Source: Sminthopsis crassicaudata (lineage: Eukaryota). From it: DNA of 64,000 nucleotides. Of this stretch, positions 24,869 through 38,025 are shown piece by piece (the first letter of the stretch is position 1; each line of letters opens with the position of its first letter). The position numbers and the translations under genes were made by a program. The stretch spans positions 258,190,937-258,254,936 of the forward strand of contig NC_133617.1 of NCBI RefSeq assembly GCF_048593235.1, in the 5' to 3' direction. The notes beneath the pieces were generated by a model. The model was given only the letters and a program-made list of their open reading frames with translations. It made no database searches and was not told the DNA's origin.

Positions 24869-25239
24869 GTACTAGGAATTTTGTTAAATGGGGATACATA
24901 TATAAAGAATGAAACAATCCATACTCAAAATGTGACATTTCCAGAAACATCATAAGAACTTCACTATATATATAGAATGTTTAATATGTGGGTGTACTTA
25001 AGAGGGTCATGAATGTAGTAAAATGTATTAAAATCCATTTTTTGGGTGGATCTTTCGAGAACTTTCTGTATCACTGGCCCAACATGGCCTACCTAAAGAT
25101 TTACCCAGTTAGATCTCCTGAATATTATTACCACTGGCATTTTCAGGTTATGTTGAGAACATAGGCTACATAGACAAATAAGACTAAGAAGTCTTGATGC
25201 TGTTTACCCTTTGTAAATTCCCAAGAAAAGAAAATTTAC

Positions 25240-25405
25240 CTGTTGTTCTGCAATCAAAGATGTTCTAACATTTTGCATTTCTTCATTCTTTCTTTTTTCT
25301 TGTTCTTCAAGTTGTTCTAAAAACTTGGCCTTTTCTTCCTGAAGTTTTTCTTGAAGTTCAGCAACTAAACTTGATGAATCTTCACTGGTATGCTCAATAG
25401 GAGGA
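25240..25405 (-). CDS. RB1CC1: RB1CC1 exon 16
   Basis: (S)PPIEHTSEDSSSLVAELQEKLQEEKAKFLEQ...SLIAEQQ; 166 nt; aag| and |gtaaat. Confidence 0.95.
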
Positions 25406-26140
25406 CTTCAGTGAATATAATATTAAGAACAAGCTATTAAATTATTGAAATTCCTTTTTAAATATCAAATGATCTTAATGTAGCTTAGCAACTAAACAGG
25501 CTTAGAGTAAAAAGGATGATATATTCCCCCCTTCAAACATAGTATTGCCTGAGTTAGAATATAGTTATCTGAAGTTTGGATTCCTATGTTTCAGAAAAAG
25601 CAAGATGTAGTATGAGTAATACATTATCACTAGCTAAGAGAGCACAGCTTGTGGCAATATATTTAAGTCATAGAAAAAAAGGACAAAAAAATTTTAAGTA
25701 ACCTTCTATTCTGAAATATGGTTTTTAGAACATGCTTAGCTAGAAATTATTCAGCCTATATGAACTCACTATCTCATAAGGTAGTCATTGCAATTTTAGA
25801 AAGCTCTACTTTTTGCCAACCAATATCTGCCTATCTTTCCACTTCTACCTACTAGTGCTAAGAGTTCTGTCCTACTGATAAAGCCAAACAGAAAAACTGT
25901 GATCTCCCCGATAATCATATTAATCCAAGAAAATGCCATCACAATAAGTGATGATTCCATGATCAAAATTTACTACATTTTTCTCAAACAAGAGAAGTTT
26001 CCCATTTTTATTATCTATTTTCAATACAATGTCATTACTATTTTACTGAGGAAGAAATAATAAGTTTTAATTTACAAATTTTTCATTTTATCCTCATAAA
26101 AACACTGGGAGATAAGTCATGATTCTAACTTGATAAAAGA

Positions 26141-26328
26141 GGGGGCAGCTACGTGTTGCAGTGGATAGAGCACCAGCCTTGAATTCAGGAGGACCCGAGT
26201 TCAAATCTGATCTCAGACACTTAACACATCCTAGCTGTGTGACTCTGGGCAAGTCACTTAACCCCAGCCTGGGGGTGGGTGGGGGGGAATGATAGATTGA
26301 TAGATAGATAGATAGATAGATAGATATA
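26141..26328 (+). mobile_element. WSINE1-like SINE with G-rich and (GATA)n tail
   Basis: gggggcagct...aaccccagcc followed by gggggtgggtggggggg and (gata)n. Confidence 0.88.
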
Positions 26329-27197
26329 AAGCTAACTTTATAGAAGAACAAAAATTCAAGGAGTCTCTTGCTTGAAGATCCTACATCAATTTAGAAGACT
26401 TCTTATAATTGACGCTGATGTGGTTTTGCCTATGGCCAGGTCCAACAACTCACATGAAAACAGATCAAGTTCATGAATTAACTATGTGCAAATGTCTTTT
26501 GAAATGTTTAGAAAGCCTGTTAATTAAAAAAAAAAAAAAAAAAAATCTGTTCTTCTAAGAAACAAAACTCAAATCACCTACTTGTTCTTGAGTATTTTTG
26601 TACTAATACCTAGTGGAAGCTAAGAAGCATGCATGCAAGACACAAACAGTATCTTTATATAATTCAGATTCTTAATACTTGTGCAAGATTTCTTTTTTTT
26701 TCCCTTGAGGATTTCATTTTAGAGGGTGGGGATGACCTACTAATATTTGCAGGAAAAATTAGTAATGAAAGCACTTAAAAGTCAATGTTGTATAGTAAAG
26801 TCTCTATGGCTACTTCCTCTCCCTACTAGCAATTTAAGTAATAAATGAAAAATAAGATAAGAAAATAGCATTTGCTAAGAGACTGGAATGGCAAAATTGA
26901 ACAGTGGAAGTGGTAGATGGTTTTAGGTTCAATTAATTAGGGTGTCTTCATCAATAAGATGGCCATAATACTCCACATGATTGTGGGGAGGAAATTATCT
27001 CAAAAGATCATGAAATTATTCTAATTTTATAGAAGAACAAAAATTCAAGGAAGTCTCTTGCTTGAAGACCCTACATCGATTTAGAAGACTTCTTATATTA
27101 TTTTTAGACATTATCTACGTAAAATTCTAAGATCTTAGTAAGACCTTTGTCATTTGTGTTCTTGCTTTATAATTTATAAATAAAATATGCAAATGGA

Positions 27198-27295
27198 AAT
27201 ATAGCTTGCTAATTCTGAATATTTTATTATGTATCTAATTATGTACCTGGTTTATTAGGTACATAATAAAATATTTAGAATTAGCAAGCTATATT
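27198..27295. repeat. Inverted repeat, 42-bp arms with a 14-nt spacer
   Basis: 27198-27239 is the reverse complement of 27254-27295 with 2 differences. Confidence 0.95.
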
Positions 27296-27479
27296 AATTA
27301 ATATATTAATTAAGCACTAGGGATACAAAAAAGGAAAAATAAAAAAAGAATCTTACTCCATCTAATTGGGTAGACAATTTATACATTAAAAAAAAAAAAA
27401 TCTATCTAAATTAACTGGAGATGTTCCCAAAAAAATAACATTAAGAAGGATCACAAAAGATTTCTTGCAAAAGCTATGA

Positions 27480-28260
27480 TTTTAGTTGTACTTGAAGGAA
27501 GCCAGGAAATGAAGACTATTCTAGGCATGAGAGTTGGGAAACAGAGCATCTTATTTCATGAACAATCACTGTGACTAAATTACAGAGAAGATGGAGGAAA
27601 GGTATTAGAAGACTGGAAAAGCAGGTTGTAAAAGGCTTTGAATTTCAAAGGACTGCTTGAACTTGGAGGTGACAGAGAGAGTTTATTTAGCTGGAGTAGA
27701 GTAACATGGTCAGATGTGTACTTTGGGATGGTAACTGTGATAGCTGAGTAGAGAATGAGTTGGAGTGGTGAAGAATTTAGAAAAGGCAGTTCAACCAGCA
27801 AGATACTGCAATAGTCTAGGAATGGGGTGATGGAAACCCTACACTAACACAATGGCAGTGTCAGAGGAAGGAAAAGCATTATTACAATGACAAAACTGAC
27901 ATACCTTTAACAACAGTTGTGGTCATGCTTTAAGATAGCTACAGTGTATCTAGTTTGAGATGTCCAATAGGCAGTTATAGATTCAATAATGGAAGTCAGC
28001 AGAAAGGTTGGGATTAGATAAAAGAATCATCAGCACAGAGATGATAACTGAATACATGGAAGCTAGCTAATACAATCAACAAGTAAAATAAAATAAAAAC
28101 AGAAGAATAGGGTCCTGGTAAAATGTAGACAAGATGGCAATAGACTGGATATAGAATGAGAAAGGAGTCAAGGATGGTACCTAAGCTGTGAGCCCACATA
28201 TCTGAAAAGATGATTATCCTGGTGATACCAATAATAGGAAAATTAGGAAGATAGGATTTT
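27480..28260 (-). mobile_element. L2 LINE relic
   Basis: Purine-rich degenerate L2-like sequence (actattctaggcatg; gagatgtccaataggcagtt). Boundaries approximate. Confidence 0.5.
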
Positions 28261-28470
28261 TGGGGGAAAGAGGGAGAATGACTTTGCTTTTGTACTTTTT
28301 GTAATACCTACCACATAATTCTTCACATTTTAAACATGCAGTTAAATATCATTCATAAATCAAAAATATAAGAGGTAAACAAATGATAAACTATGCTATG
28401 TAAACTGTTTAAATTTCTAGATGAATTATAAATATTAACCATCAATTTAAAATTGTTTAAATAAAATTTA

Positions 28471-28588
28471 TTTATTTATTTTCCCTGAGGCTGGGGTTAA
28501 GTGACTTGCCCAGGGTCACACAGCTTGGAAGTGTTAAGTGTCTGAGATCACATTTGAACTCGGGTCCTCCTGAATTCAGGGCTGGTGC
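28471..28588 (-). mobile_element. 5'-truncated young WSINE1-like SINE
   Basis: Perfect 18-bp TSD ttgtttaaataaaattta (28453-28470 / 28589-28606); lacks about 25 nt of the head. Confidence 0.92.
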
Positions 28589-30308
28589 TTGTTTAAATAA
28601 AATTTAAAATAAAACCCCAGAGAAATTGCAAGTGTAAAATAAAGGAGACATCCTTTTTTGGAAAAATGTGAAGGGCTCCACTGTACATCATGTCAATCAT
28701 TTTCATTTACTTTAGTACAATAGCTCTTACACTAATTTTTAAGATTGTCCATATGATCTTCATTATCTTTTTTAGTCAAAAACAACAACAAAATAAAACC
28801 CTAGAAATTTGAACTAATGAAGTAGGTTTCAATATGCTGTCATCAGCGCTCTTCAAAATCTCAGAGTAAAGACAATCTGTTAAGTATACTTCTGGTATTC
28901 TCAAGAGAAAATGAGCTACCTTTATTTATTCCTAGTTATCTTAAACTCTTGAACTAAATCTGACATAGAATTGTAATATAATTACTCTTATTTCAAATTG
29001 TGCTGAGAAATTCTTATATAGTTCTTATTTATGCCTTTATCATAAGGACCATGAAAATTATGTATGTATAAAAGGTGTTTGTAAAAATGAAGGTCTCGAC
29101 TAATATAAGCTTCTATCATGGTTAAGTTATTGATTATGTTTCAAAAAAGTAAGAAAGGAAGTTTAGTGGAAATCCAATTATTATCCACCAAAATTGCATT
29201 TAACTGCTGTTTTCATTTTTGAAAAAACAAACAAGATAACTAGATTCTACCACTATCAAAATGATATAAATGGAAATAAAAAGGGAGTCATAGAAATGAC
29301 TCTGAGGTGTGACTATATCTTATAACCCTATATAGAATTTCACATAGAATTTTTAATCACAATTAGTCATAAATCATCTTGAAATGGAAAGGAAATGGAG
29401 GTGATTAAGTCCAATCTCTCATTTGCTGGTGAAGAGAAGTTTGCTAAAAATTTTACTAAAAGTTTACTAAAGTACTAAGGAAGAGAGCTAATAAATGTCT
29501 GAGACAAAATTTAAACCTACATCTTCCTGACAAAATTCAATTGTCTCAAGACTTATTTCATTTGTGTTCTGACTTGTTCTCTTGATCAAACATCTAGTTA
29601 CTGATCATACACAGAAGTTAATACGTTAAAAGAAATGCATGCATCAAATAAAATGTCTCAAAAATCAAAGTTTTCAGGCAATTTCAGTTTTCAGGATTTG
29701 TAGGAACTACAAATGTAGTCAACGTGGACAAAATCTGGCTGTAGTTATAGAGGAGAACAATGTGGACCAAGGAGTAAGAATGAAGGAAAAGGACCAGATG
29801 CAGCCTTTTAAAAAAGTGTCTTCAACAGCACCAGCTTAGTTCAGTTCTTACTCTTGAAAATCCTCTTTATCATCACTTTATAATCCCAGCTGGCTTGCAA
29901 AAACAAAACAAAACCTGCCCAGGGTCACAAATCAATAGCTAGAGAAAACTTTGAAGGGCATGTAATTCAAACCATTCATTTTAAAGATGAGGAAAGTGAG
30001 ACTTCCTCAGGATTAAGAGAACTGACCAAGTTCTCTTGATTTTAAAATTTTCAATTTCAAAAGATCTTAAAAAAAAAAAAAAAAAAAAAAAAACAACCTA
30101 AGCTTCTATGATAACCTTAAATTTCCCTAAGTAATATGTTCTAAAATTCATTTTTGAAAGATGTTGATACAAATATATATTAAGTCTTAGTTATAATTTT
30201 TAAATCAAGTCTATACACAGGGGCACCTAAACTGAAAGAAACACATTTTTCAGGAATGTGAAATTTCTACATATAAAATGCTACCTTCCCTACTAACTTT
30301 CAGTTAAA

Positions 30309-30348
30309 AACAAACAAACAAACAAACAAACAAACAAACAAACAAACA
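30309..30348. repeat. (CAAA)n microsatellite
   Basis: Direct reading. Confidence 0.95.
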
Positions 30349-30804
30349 ATGATTCCCCCCCCCCCGTAAATAATTAAGTTTCAGTCTACAATAAAATTAC
30401 AATAGCCTTTTTTAATCACAAGTTTATAAAAAATGAATTTTATAATTTATTAATTACACTCAAAACAAATAGTAATTTTTATGATTGACACAGTATCTTA
30501 ACGGTACAAATTTTAAAATGTGCATGCTTTTGTGAACAAGACATACTAGACTGAAAAGTCACCCCTTTTTTCCCCTCTAATCACTTCCGCAATTTTTAAA
30601 AACATGATGCAGTAATAAGTAAATGAATATGGAACAATACCTAGCCATACACAATGGCAAATAAACATGACTTTGAAGGCATGAAAAGCTGCTCAGCTAC
30701 TATCATATATTATAGTTCTTATGTAAACAAATGATTTATTAATACTATTAAGTACAAACACCTATATATTGTACACATATAATAGTGAATAATAAGCATA
30801 AATT

Positions 30805-30808
<4 letters not shown>

Positions 30809-30845
<37 letters not shown>
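30809..30845. repeat. (TA)n microsatellite
   Basis: Direct reading; a second (TA)n lies at ~39869-39903. Confidence 0.95.
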
Positions 30846-30848
<3 letters not shown>

Positions 30849-31959
30849 CTTATAGCTATGACTGATAGCATAATTATATTAATATTTCAAAGTAAAGTTC
30901 CAAAGTAAAGGCACAACTTGCCTAACATCATTAACAGGTTCCATAAATATGTTGTAAAAATATGTAAGACAACATTAGAAGACATAGCAGATTCCATGGA
31001 AACATAGTTGTAAATGGAAAGGTGACCATAGGACAAGTTATAAAGAGGTATGATGAGAATTATTTGTGACTTTATTGCAGAATGATATTGGCTAAGGCAA
31101 TAGTTTTCAGGTCTTTTGAGAATAGATGAGACAGTTTGACAGTTTTAACCAACTTGCATAGGCAAAGTCCTTATAATCTAAACACCAAAAATTCTGTCTT
31201 TATACTATAACTAGGCTAAGTCCTAAAACTCTAAAATAATAAATCTGATGCTATAACTCAGGGGTAGATACAGTTGTGAAACACTGGGTTCACAACTGCA
31301 ACAAAAAGCAAAAACTTTGAACAAAAAGAGCCTCACAGCAGCAGGTTGCAAGTAAAAGATTCAACAGATTATATAATAAATGTTATGCAAAGCTCTTTGA
31401 AAACTATATAAATATTAACTATTATTGTTGATTTGCTACATGAAGCTTATGAACTTTCTCATCACTGCAGTATATACTTCCTAAATAGTATTACAAAGTC
31501 CTTTAATGACTAGGCAGCAATAAATATATGCATAGTTAAAACACAGATTTTGACCTATACAACCAAACATTTTCCTCAAAGCAAACTGAGAAAAATTCTG
31601 GAAAATTACAATATAAAACTTCTTGGAAATGCTAACCTTTAAAAACTACATTTATGAAATTAAAATATTTCAAAATGTGTGATTTCAATCACATGTGTAC
31701 ACAAGCACATATGTGCATACAAAAAGTCCATTTCATTTAATCTATCCTCTTACTTTTAAGGATATTATACAGAGTATGATTCAAAATATCATCCCAAATA
31801 CAATTTTTTTTAAAAAATAATGTTAAAATCCACACATTCAATTTTACAATTCACCTGTTTAGGGCACATGATTATATAAAAATAATAATTTTATATAAGA
31901 GGTGAAATGTAAATCTATTATTTTCAATTACAAATACTTTCAGGCAACTCAATTCTTAC

Positions 31960-33860
31960 CTTTTGGTTATTTGACTCTCAAGATGTTTAATTTTTTCCAA
32001 TAGTTCTTTTTCAACAGCATCTCTCTGTAACTCAAATTCTTTAAGGGCAACTTGAACAGCTTCCTCTTTTTCACAATTAAGCTTCTGAATGAGTTGTTCT
32101 CTGTCTTGTTCTTGACTCATAATTATTTTCTCTTTGTCTTCTTCAAGTTTGTGGATAATGGCTTCATATTTTTCTTGTTGTTGGGTCATTCTTTCATTGT
32201 TTTGCTTTTCAAGAATACTCAATTGCAACTCCAACTTACTCTGCAATTCCACTATTTGTTCTTTCAATTTAGTTTCAATTTCAAAAGCTTGCTGATGTAA
32301 AGATGTTACCTTATTTAGTTCAGTTCTCAGCAAATTTGATTCCTCTTCATGTCTACTGACTAACTCTGAAATGCACTGATCTTTTTCAACAGTCATTAGA
32401 GTTTTCAGCTCTGCTAAACCTATTTGGTAGTCCTCGTTATTATCTAGAATCTTCTGGTTTAACTTACTTATCTCTGATTTCAAATTTTCTGTTTCTTTTT
32501 CAATGAGGATTTTTAAAGTTTCTTGCTGTTGGGCTTTGTTTTCTTCTAATAATATTTTCATTTCATCAGTTTCTGCTTCTTTCAAAGCAAGCTCAACTTC
32601 TAACTTGCACCTCAGGTCAGACAAATCAGAAACTTTAACTTTTAAATCTTGCAACTGTTGTTCCTTTTCTTGGACAATTATTGCATGGGATTCTTGTATC
32701 TGATCAAGCTTTTGTTGATTTTCCATTTTTAATTTCTCTAAAGAAACCTTGTGGTCATTCAAAACTTTTTCAAATTCCTGTGTGTGTTTGTCTTGAAGAG
32801 TATCTTCTAGTTCTTTCAGGTGACTCTGTTCCAAACTCTGAAGTTCTGCCCTAAGGAGATGTAATCTTTCTTCATTCTCAACATGGAGCTTTTTTAAGTC
32901 TTCCAATACAATTTCTCGTGACTGCTTCAGTTCTTTAATTTCAAAATTTTGGTTCTTCATTGCATGTTCCATCTCTAACAGTTTCTGATCTTTTTCATTC
33001 TGCAGGCAAAGAACAGCTTCTTTTTCATTCTTAACCAAAGCAAACTCATTATCTTTATTTTGTAAAACCTCTTCAAGACCTACTAAATCTCCTTTTAATT
33101 TTTTAATCTTTTTTTCATTTTCTTCACTGTCACTTATTAATGCATTGAGTTTAGCTTCATACTCATTTTTTAAAGACTGCAATTCTTTCTGATGTTTTTC
33201 TTTTAGTGTTATTTCCAGGGAACATTTTACTTTTTCAATGATATTTCGTATTTCTACAGCTGTACATTTTAAAGAATTAGAAAAATCACACTGTTCTTTC
33301 TGCACAAGTGTTCTGAAGTGACAGAGGTCTTCTTTTATGTTTTGTAAATTGAACTGTGATTCTTGGGCAACAGCTCTACATTTTTCCATTTGAACATTTA
33401 GAGAAGAATGGTCTCCTGCATCTTCTTTGCCACATATGTTTGTATCCTGCATGCGTCTGCTGTCTATTGCATTGATGACTGAAGAATAGAGTGATTCTAC
33501 CATCATTTCTGGACTTTGTGGATCACTTATGGGATTAGGAGATGTAAGATTTTCTTCTATTACAAATTCATTCACTGCTGACATAAAATCAGATTCAGGG
33601 CTTTCAGCTAAAGAGTCCAAATCTAAAGATTCTTGATGAAGGGTTTGTTCACTATTTGGGTGAGGAATTGTCTCAAAATCAAATGTATGAGCATCAATGC
33701 TATCTGGAGACAATTCTTCTAATGGACATACTGGAGGACATGGGGGATCCTGAATAGTAAGTGGAGGAGGAGTTCTAGGTGAGGTAGTAGTTGTAATTCC
33801 TGTTGTACTTTCCATCCTTGGTGTAGTAACTGATTGTGGGGATGTCTGACTCATGGAAGC
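31960..33860 (-). CDS. RB1CC1: RB1CC1 exon 15 (large exon: S/T/P-rich linker, LIR motif, coiled coil)
   Basis: ASMSQTSPQ...DAHTFDFETIPHP (LIR at 33666-33683)...HLESQITK(S); 1901 nt; aag| and |gtaaga; core of the 650-aa ORF in the track. Confidence 0.98.
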
Positions 33861-33952
33861 CTTGAAGTAAAAAAAGGAAAACAAAAGCAGAATTGGATTA
33901 AAAAGCATAGCCTTAATGCTTACCTACAAATATACAAATTAAAAAACCCTAC

Positions 33953-34079
33953 CTTTTGTTCACTCAGTAGATCTGTAATAGTCTGTGACATTTCATCCAA
34001 ACTTTGTGCTGCTTTCACTAAATTATGTAGTGCGAGTACATGCTGGTGTAGAGGTTCAAAATCACAAAGTAATGGAACC
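33953..34079 (-). CDS. RB1CC1: RB1CC1 exon 14
   Basis: (R)VPLLCDFEPLHQHVLALHNLVKAAQSLDEMSQTITDLLSEQK; 127 nt; cag| and |gtaggg. Confidence 0.96.
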
Positions 34080-34473
34080 CTGAGTGGAGAAAGAGTTGTT
34101 TATTTTGAATTCCTGATAATGTTATGAGATAATTACAATGAAATACTTTAAAATTGATAAATTAGATAATTAAAATTTTGATCTATCAGGAATATTTTTT
34201 AAAATAACAAGGTCAAGTATTAAAACATACCTAAGCCAAGTGCACTTAGATCATTATCCCCTGAGCTTAAAAAGACAAACCACTGATTCAAAAATTGGTC
34301 TTATTTCTTGGAGAATTAACCTGCCCCTTCACCTACGCTTGGTTCTTAACATTACTCCAGTGAAATTTACTGAATTCTACTAAAAAAGGCACTGATACAG
34401 CTTTTGCTTTTCCTACAATATCTTCTAAAATGAAAGATCACATCTAAAATTAAGTATAGCACTGTCATTTTAC

Positions 34474-34577
34474 CTGAGTAATGGTTGTACTTCTGAAGGA
34501 CAGAAAGACTGTAGAAACTTCAAATCAGTTAAGGAAATGTCTGGAAGTTCACCATCAAACTTACGAGGCTTTCGAGT
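34474..34577 (-). CDS. RB1CC1: RB1CC1 exon 13
   Basis: TRKPRKFDGELPDISLTDLKFLQSFCPSEVQPLL(R); 104 nt; cag| and |gtaaaa. Confidence 0.96.
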
Positions 34578-35281
34578 CTGAGGATAAGAAATTTACATAA
34601 AAATGTAATTGGACCAGAATAAAGATAACAGAATTAAAAGGCAGAAATAAATACACATGATAGGTTTCAATGTGATCAATTAAGTTGTGAGACACTAAAT
34701 CTTGGGATTGAAGAGTTCAATTTTCTATCTTTCTAAATAGAAATTTCTAAGATTCACTCTAAGTCTCAGCTAATTTTGATCTTATATTACAATATTTTTA
34801 AAAAAGGCCTTATCAGTGGTATACGATGTCAAAAGATTATGAAGCAATATCCGATCAACAAATTGATGCTATTAGAGGCTATATAAACTATATTTTCTCA
34901 ATTTGTCTTGTTTAACTTATTTTTATACTGTACATATACTCCTAAATTATTTTATATGTATGTGTGCAACTAATATATAGACACACAAACACACACATCA
35001 CATATATATACACACACATAAATACATGTATACTAGCAAAAAAAGTATTCAGGATATGCAATTTCCTAAATTTTCTAAAGACCAAAAGATTACCCTAAAT
35101 GAAAAAACTATCAACTCTGAGCACAAAGTTTATTTTGCTTATGGGGATTATTTTTAAAACTGCCACATAATTTTACTGATAGGTTCTACATCAGGTCCTT
35201 TCCAAATACCTAATATTTTCAAAAATGTAGTTGACTTAAAACATGTAAAATTTAATAATGTTTAAGAAAATGCATACATAC

Positions 35282-35343
35282 ACAAAAAGAAGGAGGCCAG
35301 GAGTCAAGTCCCCTAAACAGACGATTTCTTAAAAAAGATTTCC
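35282..35343 (-). CDS. RB1CC1: RB1CC1 exon 12
   Basis: (R)KSFLRNRLFRGLDSWPPSFC; 62 nt; cag| and |gtatgt. Confidence 0.96.
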
Positions 35344-36289
35344 CTGTATGAAGAGATTAACAATATGATTACAAGAGAAGGAATAAAAAAGGAAAAGTCA
35401 AAATAAATAAATAAATAAATTTTGCATGTATTTTAATAAGGCCTCCCTTTGGAAATCTGTATACATCTCTTAAGCCTTCAAAAAACATGCTCTAATAAAT
35501 TTCGCTAATAACTATATTTAAAAATATTTTTAAAAAATCAAAAACAAAGACTGAAACTCAATTAACTTTCCTGCCTCTGTACAAATAAACAGGTTATTTT
35601 ACATGCCTGCACTACACTCCTTTACTGCCTTCCACTTGGAAGAATCTTTAGTTTAGTTAATAGTTTGATTGAGGTGCCTTTTCCTTTAGGAAGCCTTAAT
35701 GCTTTCTCTATGTACGAACTCTAATGTAATGTAATTATCTGTGTGAATACTGCGTTCCCTCTTGAAGTTACGGATTTTTTTTTTATATTTTGGTTTTTTT
35801 TACCCAGAGCCATAATGGCTTATATGTAGTCAGTGCTTAAAGAATAAATAGTTTTGCGAATTAGACCTCTACAACTATCTACACAGAGGCTGCTTTTTGG
35901 CAATGTTATGTACTAATGAAGGATATGACCTACATAATTATCATTTTTAAAAGTGCACATAGTCCTGTGCCCAAAAATAATATTAATAGAAAATAATAAA
36001 ATAATTACAACTTTTAAAAGGATCTTCAAAGAATATTTATTTGAATAATTCACAGATAAAATTATGTATATGTTAAAAGGAATCAATTATAAAATTTTGT
36101 AGATGAAATTTTCCCGCAATATTTTCCAGTCACAGAAGTTTCAAAAGTTCTATAGGAAGCAAACCAAATATTAACCCCTAATTTTGTAAACCTTGTGTAT
36201 ATGAAAACATATTTTGTAAACCAATGAATATATAAGTGCTTTAAAGCAGTATAAATAAAATACAAAAGCTACAAATGAAGAATACTTAC

Positions 36290-36371
36290 TAAACAATTTT
36301 CCAAAAGATTCCCTTTTTGACTTTTCAGCTTCATATAAATGTTTTCCATCATTGATTAAAGCACCAGCCCA
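36290..36371 (-). CDS. RB1CC1: RB1CC1 exon 11
   Basis: WAGALINDGKHLYEAEKSKRESFGKLF(R); 82 nt; follows a 111-nt intron. Confidence 0.96.
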
Positions 36372-36482
36372 CTATTAAAAAAACAAAACAAAACAAAAAA
36401 CATTAATATAGTAGCCCATCAGTTCCTCAAGTCCCTGTTTGCAAGCATGCACACACAAATATATGTATTCTAATCTCCTTAC

Positions 36483-36669
36483 CTCCCTGTAGTGTTTTAT
36501 GAACATTTTTCTTCTTACAACTTCAACAACAGCTAAGCAGTACATCTGTGGTACTGTACTAAGAGCTTCTACAATCTTGACTCGTTCTAGCAGCTCTGTT
36601 ACAAGGCGGAGCAAAGCTTGTAGCTTCTCTCCTTCTTTGTCAGCATGAAGCATAACAAAGCAACACCAC
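36483..36669 (-). CDS. RB1CC1: RB1CC1 exon 10
   Basis: (K)WCCFVMLHADKEGEKLQALLRLVTELLERVK...IKHYRE; 187 nt; tag| and |gtaagg. Confidence 0.97.
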
Positions 36670-36933
36670 CTATTGATAAAAGGAAAATGTGAACAGATGA
36701 CAGGTTAAAAAGCCACATACCATCTACTATCCATAAATACTTTCTCATTAAATTTACGAACAGGTACTAAAAAATCCAGTACCAAAAAAACCCCCAACTT
36801 TTGTGTTCTAGATTAACCAATTTATATGACAATATATTACTGACAGAAATATTTTTGTGAAGAAGTTTTAGATTAAACTCACATTAAATAAAATAAAATT
36901 TTGTTACTTATAAATACACTAGAAATCACTTAC

Positions 36934-37118
36934 TTCAATCTGACTTGTAGATTATTTGCAAGTTCTTGTTTGGCAGTGGTACATTTCTGTTTAATATCCA
37001 ATAGTTTTCTATGATTATTCAACATAATCATCAACTGATTTGCATGACTCAGGCACAAATCAGGTAGCACAGAAGTATCTTTCAAGTTTTCAGCTCTCTT
37101 CTGATTAGCTAAAAATCC
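36934..37118 (-). CDS. RB1CC1: RB1CC1 exon 9
   Basis: GFLANQKRAENLKDTSVLPDLCLSHANQLM...NNLQVRL(K); 185 nt; aag| and |gtaagt. Not in the ORF track. Confidence 0.97.
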
Positions 37119-37911
37119 CTTTAAAAATAAAATGTTTCATTTATATGTCCATATATTAAAATTAAAAGTTTAGTAAAAACAGTGAACAAATACTCAAAAT
37201 TTTAAAATCTATTATCTAATAATAATTTAAAGTGAGCTATCTACATTTTTAAAAATAAATATTTCGATTAAAATATTTATTAGAATAGAATTTGATTTTA
37301 ATTTATTAAGTACTCATTAAGATTTATATTTATCAGGCTCTGTATTAGGTGCTGAAAGTGAAAACAATCCCTACTTTCAAAGTTTATATTCTCCTGCATT
37401 CATGAATTGATGTGGAGCTTTTTGTTCAGATTCAAGACTCTCATATCCTTAATAGAAAATCTGCTCTTATTTTTTGACAAAATGAAAATATACACATACA
37501 CACACAAATACAATTAAAAACCACACAAATAAGACTCAATAAAACTTTAGACAAGATATTGTTGAATAAATCAGATTTTAAAATTATAAATGAACTTCTA
37601 GAATTTTCTAATTTGAACCTAATCTCTTCATTTTAAAAAGAATCAAAATAATATGTAAAATGAGTGTTTTAAGTATAATCATAAACTTAAGAGAATGGCA
37701 AAGATCAGCAAATTGTAGTGTACCAGAATCAAAAGTCTAACAATTAATAAAGGTTTCATTCTACCAAACAACATATGGAGATCACATTTGCTCATTTGGC
37801 TTAGGCCCTCTATAAGCTTGCTTCTTGGGCTGTGAATTCCGTGAATTTCTAGTTATTTTTTAGATACTATACTATCTAACTTTGGGGAATATCCATCGAG
37901 ATTTCACATCT

Positions 37912-38025
37912 TGGTATGGTGGATAGTCAGGAGGACCTGAGTTCAAGTCTTGCCTTAGACACTTAAAAGACTTCCTAGCTGTGTGACCCTGGGCAAGTCA
38001 CTTAACCCCAATTGCCTCAGGGGAA
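37912..38025 (+). mobile_element. WSINE1-like SINE (partial)
   Basis: gtcaggaggacctgagttc...aaccccaattgcctcagg. Confidence 0.8.

Noticed and set aside
30440-31080. Several AATAAA hexamers in intron 15 on the transcript strand
   Set aside because: Expected by chance at this AT content; cannot be ranked without 3'-end data.
31956-33908. 650-aa ORF as a stand-alone single-exon gene
   Set aside because: It is RB1CC1 exon 15. The first 16 residues are the intronic pyrimidine tract and the stop lies in the donor site.
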